Shown piece by piece: positions 53,101 to 61,362 of a stretch of 64,000 nt of DNA. The translations under genes were made by a program, and so were the position numbers. The first letter of the stretch is position 1; each line of letters starts with the position of its first letter. The notes beneath the pieces are model-generated. The model did no database searches. It saw nothing but the letters and a program-made list of their open reading frames with translations, and was not told where the DNA came from. The DNA comes from Torpedo marmorata (taxonomy: Eukaryota), in contig OZ360231.1 of assembly GCA_977017645.1 (NCBI GenBank), positions 59,024,001-59,088,000 on the forward strand. The letters are read 5' to 3'.

Positions 53101-56100
53101 GAAAGTTAGGGTGCACATCCATAAAAACAGAGAGGAATTAAATTGATAACATCCACAGTAAGAGGACTGGCTTATGTCAGCTTTTACAATGAATCAGTGT
53201 TGATAACGACAAAACATTAATGACCTTATTCAAAAATATTGGCAGTACAGAGCAGAAAGCGAGAAATAAGAGGGTTTGGTAAAAATGCTTTCTCTATTAT
53301 TTGCAAACATGTGATGTATTTGCACATGCGTGTTGAATTCAATTTCCGATATTCAGTCCCACAGTATCAGGTTACAAAAGTGGTATTCAATGCCAAGTAC
53401 AACAAAAGGGCATACTTCTCTCCTGCTGCGTGTGAATAACAAAGGGATGTGACGCCCTCGCCATGGTTTTGAACATTAGAAATGCAGAAATTTACCACTG
53501 CACGACTTGCGTAAAGGAAATCAACAGCTTCAAAAATGTGTACAAAATAATCAAATGAATCAAACCAGAATAGGACTTTCATAGTAAATCCCAGGACCCT
53601 AGAGTGTTGTGGAACAGAATGATCTGGGGATACAGGCACACTGTTTCCTAGAAAGTGACAACTCAGGTAGACAGGGTGGTGAAGATGGCGCTTGTCCTCA
53701 TTGGCTGGGGTATCGAATACAAAAGTGGGGTTTCTATAATACAGCTGAACAAGGCATTGGTGAGACTATACTTGGGAGTACCATGTGCAGTCCTGGTTGA
53801 CCAGCTAACAGAAGGATATCAATAAGTTGTTAGGGGTACAGAGGAGATTCACCAGGGTGTCGCCAGAACCTGAGGGCTTGAATTAGAGGGAGGTTGGATA
53901 GGCTGGGTTTTTATTCCCTGGAATGTAGGAGACTGAGGGGGTGACCTTATAAAGGTTTATAAAATCATGAGGGGCATGGATGAAATCTTCTTCCCAGGGT
54001 AGACTATTCGAGGACCTGAGGCCAGAGGTTCAAGGTGAAACGGGAAAGATTTACGAGGAACCAAATGGGGAAACTTTTTCACTCAGAGGTTAGTCCATAG
54101 CTGCCAGTAGAAACTGTACAATTACAATGTTCAAAAGGCATTTGGACAGATATGTGGATAGGAAGGGATTATAAAGATTTGGACCAAATGCAAACAAATG
54201 GGACTAACCCAGAATGCAAACTTGATTGGCATGGACAAATTTGGCCAAGGAATATTCCCTGCTGTATGGCTCTGTGAATAGAATAGGAATAAACTTTCAA
54301 AGAGATACAAGGTATGGTAAAGCATGGAGAAATATAAATGATTCCTATTTTGATCAAAGTGACTTAATCAGAAACTTCTCCTCCTTGTTTTTGTCCACCT
54401 TATTTCTTTTTGAACACCCAGAACTGTTTCACTCTTGAGACTACAGCTGTGTGACAAGATTTCTCCCAACTCAGATACTGTGGGCAGTCTACCGGGATTT
54501 AAATCAAGAGCCTTTGATCAACTGCACTACCCAGTACTAGAATGACACTTGTTCCATATCGAATAAATTACCTTGGTGCCAGCTAATATTATCCAGAGTT
54601 GGCAAAGCAAATTTTCAGTAAAAATTAAGATTCATATATTCTTAAATGTTTAATTGCAAACTACTCATCTTAATAAGTTAATGGTGCAATATTACTTCGT
54701 ACAATATGATCAATTTTCTAGAACCTATCAAATTAACTTACACTGAAACAAATTAAATTTGGCAAAAAAATCCAATTTAAGATATTCAGGGTAGTCTACA
54801 ATGTCAATAACTGAATAATATTAACAGGAAACATAATTTGCAGGTTTGCAAATCATTCACTTAATGATAATAGACTGGTATGACAGATACCTCATCATCC
54901 AAGCAAGAAATTAATAGTCATCCAACTGTTTTAGATCTGCATGCACATTTGAAACACTGGAAACAAATTCACCTTTTAAAACCATCAGTAACTAAAACTT
55001 CACCAATACTTGCCGCCCACCTCAACTGCAGGAGTTCGTTCAGAACGGTGTTACTGTTATCGTGCCTTGGCGGCTCATCACTATGCTCAGGATTAACAAC
55101 AGGAATGAATATAGGGTCTTCTGGAATGACCATGTTTTGCAGCAAAGTAAAATTTGACATTCTAGAATAAAAAACGCACAAATTTTAAGCAAATATTAAT
55201 CAGGTTCATTAAAAAAAAATCCTCCTTGACATCGCCATTCAATGAAAACTGTTCCCAGGCAAAACGTTAAGGAGATGAATGGTCCCTAATCTATTATCAC
55301 TCATTTTGTCCAATAAACTATCATTTGTGACTTAATAAACAATGACTCAGAGTTGCCCTTTCTGTTTCAGCAGTTTAAAATACAAGCAATTTTCATTAAT
55401 TCTCTGTACGCAAGCTAATACAAATATAGATTTATTCACACTTCACAAGTTTAACATTGTTATCAAGTGCAAATTGAGTGGCACGACTTGGGACAGATTC
55501 TCACTCCAGAGAGTCTCATTCACCATTTTCTAACAGGTTGAGCCAGGGTACTTGACATGGCAGCATGAACCACAAACTGTTTGTACTAGCACTAATGCTG
55601 GGAGTGCAACGTCACAAAAATATAAGTTGATCCAGGATACCCCCTCAACAGAGCATGGTGGGTACTGTCAATCTTAATGCCAAAACAGATTAGGAGGACC
55701 CTTGCATTTATTGTTGGAGGAAAGGCAACTTAGTGGTTACAGAACCTCTCGGGTGACAATTAGTGAAATGTAGATTAATAATTTACATGCAAGCCTTGCT
55801 AACCCAGCCAAAGACACTGGCTGTTGCACATTTTGGAAGATATTGGAGGGTCACAACAAACCTCATTTAAGCATACTTGATACCATCAGCTGCAGTGGAA
55901 ATAGACTTTCGAAAACTTCTACAGGTGGAGAGCATTCTGGCTGGTTGCATCACTGCCTGGTGTGGAGGCGCCAACTCTCAGGACAAGAATAAACTCCAGA
56001 GGGTTGTTAACTCGGCCTGCGACATCACAGGCACCAGACCTCACTCCATCGAGGGCATCTACATGAGGCGGTGTCTTAAAAAAAGCAGCCTCTATCCTCA

Positions 56101-59100
56101 AGGGCCCTCACCACCCAGGCCATGCCCTCTTCACTCTGCTACCATCAGGAAAAAGGTACAGGAGTCTAAAGAGGAGCACTCAACGGCACAAGGACAGCTT
56201 CTTCCCAGCTGCCATCAGATTCCTAAATAATCAATGAACCAAAGACACTGCCTTACTTTTCGTGCACTATTATTTATATTTTTTTTATAGTAATATCGTA
56301 AGATGGTTATAATATGAATGCACTATGATACTGCCGCAAAACACCAAATTTCATGACTTGTTCATGACAATAAATTCTGATTCTGAAGTGTGTAGTACAG
56401 CCATGGATGTTTATTACATTTCAATGAATGCAATTGCATTCTGGCACACAATAGTAACAGGAGCAGGTAATTCTAGTCTCAAACTAGATCGGTCATTCAA
56501 AAAGACTGTAGCTGATCCATCATCAAATGATGTATCCCCGATTTTCCTTGTATTCATTAATAGATTTGCAAGTAAATTATCTACCAAACTTAAATTTAAC
56601 ATGAACAAATGACCGCGCATTAGTGATATTTGTGTGAAAGTTTTCACATCTTCACTACTACTAGCTTTCCACTATTTAGAAAATAGCCTGTTCTGTCCAT
56701 TTTAGATACAAATTGAGTAAATTCACACATGCCTAGAATGAAATTTATTTGCCAATTAGTATTGCTTTGTAATTTATTGCTCACCCAAACACCACCTTAC
56801 AATGATGACTATTTTGTTGTTATCGACATATCCACATATATAATTTTCTAAACCAGCTTCTCAGTAATCTATAATCTAACTAAACACAATGATCTAACTA
56901 AATTTTGAAACACTGTGATGTTGCCCCACTGCTGGTGATTAGTGCCACTTTTCTTCACCTCAAATTCACTTTGAAATGCCACTTCGAGTCAGATTTGCAA
57001 ATCATAGAAACAGGCCCTTCGTCCCACTAAGTCTACGCCAACCTCCATGCCTGTTTATATTTATCCTACTTGCCTGCGTTATATCCCTCTAGGCTTTGCA
57101 CATTCAAGTACCAGTCCGGATGCTCTAAAAAGGGTTACTGTTTCACCACCTCCTCAGACAGCTCATTCCAGATACCAACTACAAATTGCACAAAACATTT
57201 ACTCCTCAGATCCCTTTAAATTTTTTCCCTCCCATCTTAAACCGATACCCTCTTGATTTTGTGACAAACTAACAAACCTTGCTAGTACTATCAAAGGAAC
57301 AGCAATGGAAAATTTCACCAGACAATGGTAAATTAAAAATAATAGTTTTTATTAAACTATTAATAACATAATATTTCTTTCTTATCTCTAAACTTAACTC
57401 TAACTTAAACCCCACTATGTGCAAATGTAAATGTGTGTGTGTGTGTTAAAGTCAAAACTATTTCAGTTTAAAATTGATTCTGAAAAGTCAATTTTAAAGT
57501 CCAGTTTCAAACTTCTCTTGTTGAACTTCAGGATCCCTTTAAATTGTGATTCAGAATTAATTATAAAGCAAGAGTGAAGCATCCGATTTCTTTCAAACTC
57601 ATACGTCTTTTGATGAGTTGTCTTTCAGAGATATTTTTCTTCATGCGAGTGATTTCACAAACTCCCTCTTATCTTGTCTAAGAGTTCTGGAGTCTGTTTT
57701 CCATGAGGATTTCTTTCTTAATTGAAAGTAACATACGATGCTGCTCTCTTTTCTTAGAAACAGTTGGAAGTGGTCTTACTTATTTTAAAAGCCACTTATG
57801 TTGTGTATCTCCTGTGATAAGGGTGATACAATACAGAACAGCATCTCTATCTATTTCAGAGATCACTGCTCCAGATTCTGTCTTTCCAGGAAGTCAAATT
57901 TCTTAACCGATTTCTTTGTTTCTGAGTTCGATAATATATTTCTTGCACCTCTCTCATTTCTGTCTTTGAAGTTCATAATGTCCTCTTCACACTTACATGC
58001 TAAAAGCATCACTTAGACTCTGTGATGTCTAAGCCACATGGGCACAGAATGAACTTGCGTTTACACAGGTGCTTCTGAGCCAACACCTATTGTTTTCAAT
58101 ACCTCAAGAAACATCAAAGCCTTTCATCTCTTGGCTTTAACTGAAACCAGCAGACATTCTGTCTCTGCAAATGGCCAACTCAAAGTATCATGTATTTAAA
58201 ATGCAAATGTGTTGTCTTTGTGCCCCTGAACCACCCAAAACTAACTTACTAAAGCCATATCTCGATGAAATATAATTTTATAATTAAACTAAAGATTAAT
58301 ATTAGCACAGATCCATTACAATTTAGACACACCTACTATTGAGAAGATGATCTAAGCAAATTAAACATTCCTTCCTCATTACATTTTCCATGGCACAGCC
58401 AAGTGAAAACATACCCAAGAGGCAGTAATCTCATGAACTGAATACTTTTGTGTCTAAATACATCTTATTTCACAAGAAAAAAAATGAACTTATTGGTGGA
58501 AATCTAAGATAAACACAGTACAACCACAGATTATAGTTGCAAGTGAACTGAACAAAAGCTGGAAAAGTGTGAACTATACCAATTGAATTCAACGTTTGAT
58601 TCAATATTACGGCAACTATTCAATAACCTTTTATTTGCCATGTGGGATGTGCAAGTTGGGGCAGGTCCAAACAACAGCAAGAAGGCAAACCAAGTAACCT
58701 GGATAGGCTAATGAATAGCGTAATCCATTTAACACGAACCACTGAACTGGTAAATACATTTTTAAATAGGGAGTAGCTGTAATTTTTTTTTTTTTTTTTT
58801 GGAACAAGGCATTGGGGATTTTAGACCTTCTCCATTCCCAAGCCCCCACTATAACTTTAGAGAGGAACTGGGGGAAAAAATAATCTCCTCCCCCGGCCAG
58901 TATTCAGTCTTTATTCTTGCACCTTCCTGTTCTTTGCTTATTCCTTGAAGGAGGACTCAGGTCCGAAACATCAGTAATATATCTTTAACTCCTATGGACA
59001 CTGCGAGACCAGCTGAGTTCCTCCAGCATTTCTGTGTATTAACTACAATCAGTGTCTGCAGACTTCTGTGTTTCACTGGTACAATGCTGCTGTAATGATG

Positions 59101-60022
59101 AAGAGGTACACTTCAGATAGCTCCTTCCAGATTTTTGGGTTTAACTATATTTCAACCCTGGCTGCCTTGATTTCCCCCCCCCCCCAAAGTCACAAAAGAC
59201 TTTTCATGAAAGTCTGCAGACATTGTGACTGTAGTAAAAATGCACAGAAATGCTGGAGGAACTCAGAAGGTCTCACAGCGTCCATAGGAGGTAAAGATAC
59301 ATAACCGACGATTCGGGCCCGAGAAGCTGCGAGACCTGCTGAGTTCCGCCAGCATTTCAGTGTTTTTACTAGCAACATTGTACATTCTAATTTATCATTG
59401 ACATTCAGTGAACACTGCCAAATTCCTGCACTTAAATAAAAGTAAATTTGTTACTGAAAATAAAAGCTTGTCATTTCAGTTTGTACTTAAAAATGTTAGA
59501 AAATCAGAATTGCGACAAAACAAACTCTAGAACTTAAAATGTCATCTTTTAGAAGTCAAACTCATATAGCTATTAATTATAGTTACAATTTTTTATATAA
59601 ATAACAATAACTTTTCACTTTTTCCTTGATAATCCAGTCCCATTCCTTCAGCATTTTGCTTTTTATACCCGATTAGATAGCAAATTCACTCTTCTAACAT
59701 TTACTTCCTGGTTCACAATCTGCACTGTTCATTAACAATTCAATTTAAATTGGGTGAGATGGTACGCAGCTGCTTCCCTGCTTCCATATATCTAATTGCC
59801 CTAAAGAGGAAAGCCACAGCAGTCAGATTTCCATCTTTCAGAAAACTGATATTACGAGCCGCTTACGGACACTGCCCTGTCCATTATATCCAATCAATGG
59901 AACGGGTAATTCGACAGCTAATTCTGGACCAGTGAATAATGGCCACACGGTCTGTATTGAAGGATTAATGTACCAATACTGTACCTTATGATCAGTGGAA
60001 GCAAAATTAGTTCCCCAAAGAT
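17070..60022 (-). CDS. Amidase-signature family hydrolase, plant-FAAH-like; 18 exons recovered, 5' end missing
   Basis: The 18 GT-AG exons listed below splice in frame to 1671 nt (556 aa plus stop). Motifs [11 protein letters not shown] (Lys), [14 protein letters not shown] (cis-Ser) and [21 protein letters not shown] (Ser nucleophile) are present. C-terminus [10 protein letters not shown]. Confidence 0.93.
17401..17488 (-). CDS. Amidase exon
   Basis: (R)[29 protein letters not shown]; ctcag/gtaatg; phase 2 to 0. Confidence 0.95.
17780..18066 (+). mobile_element. Rex1-type LINE 3' tail
   Basis: ctgccatcagattcctgaatgatcaatgaaccaaagacactgcc...catgacaataaattctga, matching 56210-56385. Confidence 0.7.
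19611..19695 (-). CDS. Amidase exon
   Basis: (A)[27 protein letters not shown](R); tgtag/gtaaat; phase 1 to 2. Confidence 0.88.
19861..20075 (-). mobile_element. tRNA-SINE
   Basis: Reverse complement of the SINE head, core and tail seen at 1556/3929. Confidence 0.8.
20885..21655 (+). mobile_element. Rex1/Babar LINE 3' fragment
   Basis: [55 protein letters not shown] plus the 3' tail. Confidence 0.9.
21960..22035 (-). CDS. Amidase exon
   Basis: [25 protein letters not shown]; cacag/gtaagg; phase 0 to 1. Confidence 0.93.
22670..23780 (-). mobile_element. Decayed CR1 ORF2 3' fragment
   Basis: [27 protein letters not shown] remnants and the CR1 3' UTR. Confidence 0.85.
24174..24236 (-). CDS. 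Amidase exon
   Basis: [21 protein letters not shown]; ttacag/gtatgt; phase 0 to 0. Confidence 0.92.
25677..26144 (+). mobile_element. Chapaev3-type (CMC) DNA transposon, internally deleted
   Basis: TIRs (T)ACTGGACAA...TTGTCCAGTG; encodes [41 protein letters not shown] and, after a deletion, ADYCWTL. Confidence 0.85.
26562..26710 (-). CDS. Amidase exon
   Basis: (A)[49 protein letters not shown]; tgcag/gtaagt. Confidence 0.94.
27100..27320 (-). mobile_element. tRNA-SINE
   Basis: Reverse-complement SINE including B-box gggttcgaatc and the V-like core. Confidence 0.8.
28309..28345 (-). CDS. Amidase micro-exon (37 nt)
   Basis: [12 protein letters not shown]; aacag/gtacaa; phase 0 to 1 is exactly what the flanking exons require. 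Confidence 0.85.
29487..29575 (-). CDS. Amidase exon
   Basis: (S)[29 protein letters not shown]; ttcag/gtaaag; phase 1 to 0. Confidence 0.9.
30562..32945 (+). mobile_element. L1 internal fragment (ORF1 coiled-coil/RRM/CTD, inter-ORF, ORF2 endonuclease start)
   Basis: [33 protein letters not shown] and ORF2 [26 protein letters not shown]. Flanked by a 22-bp direct repeat. Confidence 0.92.
31003..31910 (+). mobile_element. Young 5'-truncated CR1 inserted in L1 ORF1
   Basis: Uninterrupted 270-aa ORF 31013-31825 ([16 protein letters not shown]...[10 protein letters not shown]...[14 protein letters not shown]) and a (gttatat)n tail. Confidence 0.95.
34270..35015 (+). mobile_element. Highly decayed CR1 ORF2 (endonuclease/tether) fragment
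   Basis: IMGHFNY..IDW-like and [19 protein letters not shown] remnants. Confidence 0.55.
35109..35962 (+). mobile_element. Solo LTR (family A, copy 2)
   Basis: TGTTA...TAACA with a perfect 4-bp TSD CAAT; inserted in a Rex1-type tail (catgacaat|aaat). Confidence 0.92.
36568..36645 (-). CDS. Amidase exon
   Basis: (G)[25 protein letters not shown]; tgcag/gtaagt; phase 1 to 1. Confidence 0.94.
37764..37826 (-). CDS. Amidase exon
   Basis: (V)[20 protein letters not shown](G); tttag/gtaaga; phase 1 to 1. Confidence 0.94.
39360..39443 (-). CDS. Amidase exon with the catalytic Ser nucleophile
   Basis: (G)[27 protein letters not shown]; taaag/gtatta. Confidence 0.96.
40672..41272 (-). mobile_element. 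CR1 3' fragment
   Basis: ORF 40779-41042: MKGIDK...[16 protein letters not shown]; apparent ATAG TSD. Confidence 0.92.
41437..41522 (-). CDS. Amidase exon with the GGSSSGS signature
   Basis: (R)[28 protein letters not shown](G); tccag/gtgagc. Confidence 0.96.
41975..42720 (+). mobile_element. Decayed CR1 containing a fold-back Penelope terminus (about 42460-42650)
   Basis: CR1 remnants (KCEVLQF.., LERV.KRFT). Inverted arms ggtcacgcagcagccatagaaagtaaagggtaatcaacatttc / gaaatgttggttaccctttacttcctatggatgctgcgtgacc. Confidence 0.7.
43773..44166. mobile_element. Composite hAT-type MITE
   Basis: TIR (CAG)TGGTTTTCAAACT with an 8-bp TSD [t/c]tttaaat; two inverted subunits (43773-43922, 44035-44166) around a spacer. 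Confidence 0.85.
44287..44447 (-). CDS. Amidase exon
   Basis: [53 protein letters not shown](R); tttag/gtgaag. Confidence 0.96.
47170..47610 (+). mobile_element. Decayed CR1 3' fragment
   Basis: RKDAIK..VQQRFT..RRLR..IDRVD remnants. Confidence 0.7.
48402..48494 (-). CDS. Amidase exon with the catalytic Lys
   Basis: [31 protein letters not shown]; tttag/gtaagt; phase 0 to 0. Confidence 0.96.
50270..50665 (+). mobile_element. tRNA/V-SINE body split by a 5S-derived SINE
   Basis: SINE core at 50270-50382 resumes at 50620 (actcgtgggccgaaatggcctgttaccgtgctg). Confidence 0.8.
50383..50619 (+). mobile_element. 5S rRNA-derived SINE (SINE3-type)
   Basis: gtctgatctcggaagctaagcagg...agtacttggaggggagaccgcc..gaacaccaggtgctgtagg is 5S-like, followed by a retroelement tail ending in (accttt)n; ACTC TSD. 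Confidence 0.88.
51140..51260 (-). CDS. Amidase exon
   Basis: (K)[40 protein letters not shown]; tatag/gttggc; phase 2 to 0. Confidence 0.93.
52577..52639 (-). CDS. Amidase exon
   Basis: (R)[20 protein letters not shown](K); ttttcag/gtatgt; phase 2 to 2. Confidence 0.9.
53595..54280 (+). mobile_element. Decayed CR1 3' fragment
   Basis: [34 protein letters not shown] remnants and the 3' UTR. Confidence 0.8.
54973..55161 (-). CDS. Amidase exon (N-terminal region)
   Basis: (R)[25 protein letters not shown]...DGFK(R); tctag/gtgaat; [10 protein letters not shown] resembles plant FAAH VIPEEPMFRP. Confidence 0.9.
55908..56387 (+). mobile_element. Rex1/Babar LINE 3' fragment
   Basis: [33 protein letters not shown] plus the tail; very similar to 3660-3928. 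Confidence 0.9.
57260..58320 (-). mobile_element. Solo LTR (family C, partly similar to family A)
   Basis: TG...CA termini with a perfect ATTT TSD, inserted in a CR1 remnant. The minus strand shares the acacacac...tagtgggg.tt...aataaa layout with family A. Confidence 0.85.
58880..59372. mobile_element. Penelope terminal fragments (direct at 58880-59075, fold-back at 59205-59372)
   Basis: Matches the 9380-9502 terminus; the second piece is an inverted dimer of the terminus. Confidence 0.8.
59985..60022 (-). CDS. Amidase micro-exon (38 nt), the most 5' exon found
   Basis: [12 protein letters not shown](R); ttttcag/gtacag; phase 2 matches the next exon; similar to plant FAAH LIGSLIVDYL. Confidence 0.78.
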
Positions 60023-61362
60023 CTGAAAAGTAATTGCACAAAATAACATCAGTACCATAATTTAATATAAAAGACCAACAAAACAAGGCATGCCGACATC
60101 GTATTGTGCATTTTTGCGGAAGCTGGGGGGAAAAGAGTTCATGGGAAATATTAGTGCCACTTAAATACTTTTTGGGGGGGGGGGGAGAGCAGCTAATTGA
60201 ATCCTGCTCATTCACATTCTCACAAATCTTCAATCAAAAAGGAACAGGTTAATAAAAAGGGCATCACCTTCTGTCCTCAGAACTATGCTAATATTTCAGG
60301 AGTAAAAAAAATCTGATACCAACAGGACTTGGCTTAAGTTAAATGCATCAGATTTCTATTAACAACTATTACAATGTTTTATTTTATAATGCTGTATTAA
60401 ACAGCTCAACATCCTCTAAAAGAAGTCTTACAGGGGAAAAAAAATAAAAAATCACACTGCAAATTTTCTACACTATAGCAATTTATTTTAATACCAAAGA
60501 CTGCAGTCCTCAATATGTTTGCTCTAAAAATAGATTGGAAGGAACAGATTTAGTCTGAGCAATCAAAAAAAAAAAAATCAACACAATTCAAACCAACGCA
60601 CAATCTGTCTCCTCTCCTGAAAAGGAACTTTTAAATACAATAATGGCAGAAAGCTCAATCAAGCTAGGTCAGAAAATCAAATAGCTCACTAAGAAATCCC
60701 TTTCTGTCATAGAGCTCCTCTCGAGACCAGCCAGATGACATGGGAAATTGTATAAAAACCATAACATTTATTCCATGCGACATTTACGTCCGGGCTTGGA
60801 GCAACTGGTCATTCTAAATGCTTCTTCTATTCAATTAAATATGAAAACTGTCTTTTGAAGAAGATTGTCTGTTTATCCTAGATTATAAAAAGTAAAAATA
60901 TCACCTCAAAGAGAAGAAAGCCTTTCAGGTCTCAACCAGGAGTCAAATGTATCACTGACAAGAGAGATAAATTTTATAGGAGGCATTGTAATTATTTATT
61001 GGATCAATGCACCTTCAATGAGAAAATAAAGGAAAAGCTCTGATATTGTCTGTTCTTTGTTTTAATTGGTATCATATAATTCTTTTACTGGAAGGAAGGT
61101 GGAGAATATTCTTTCACCAACTTTATAACTCCCAATTCAGAACAAGGATCAGGAGCAATTTTGGTTTCATACTTGGAGAGCCTCAGCCACCTTACAGCAC
61201 ATAGAAATTCAGGAACATGTTATGTTCCAGCCCTTAATTTAAATAAATTTCCAAAGAGTACTTCCAGTGGACGTAGCTGTGGCAAGAGTTTAGTCAGACT
61301 AGAAAGTAACCCCTAACTACAGTCACACATCTCCATATTTTAAATGCATATAGCTTGCTTTA

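Noticed and set aside
58700-58790. Candidate extra amidase exon ([13 protein letters not shown])
   Set aside because: Preceded by poly(A) rather than a pyrimidine tract on the minus strand, and exons 59985-60022 and 54973-55161 already join in phase.
17070-60022. Calling the amidase FAAH2, FAAH1 or QRSL1 (GatA)
   Set aside because: Only the generic amidase signature is shared. The N-terminal IPEDP motif and C-terminal KKP.IYYDLL fit the plant-type FAAH, so no gene symbol is assigned.
61090-61195. Candidate upstream amidase exon (KYETKIAPDP..)
   Set aside because: Only faint similarity to the plant FAAH N-terminus, and no convincing in-phase splice sites.
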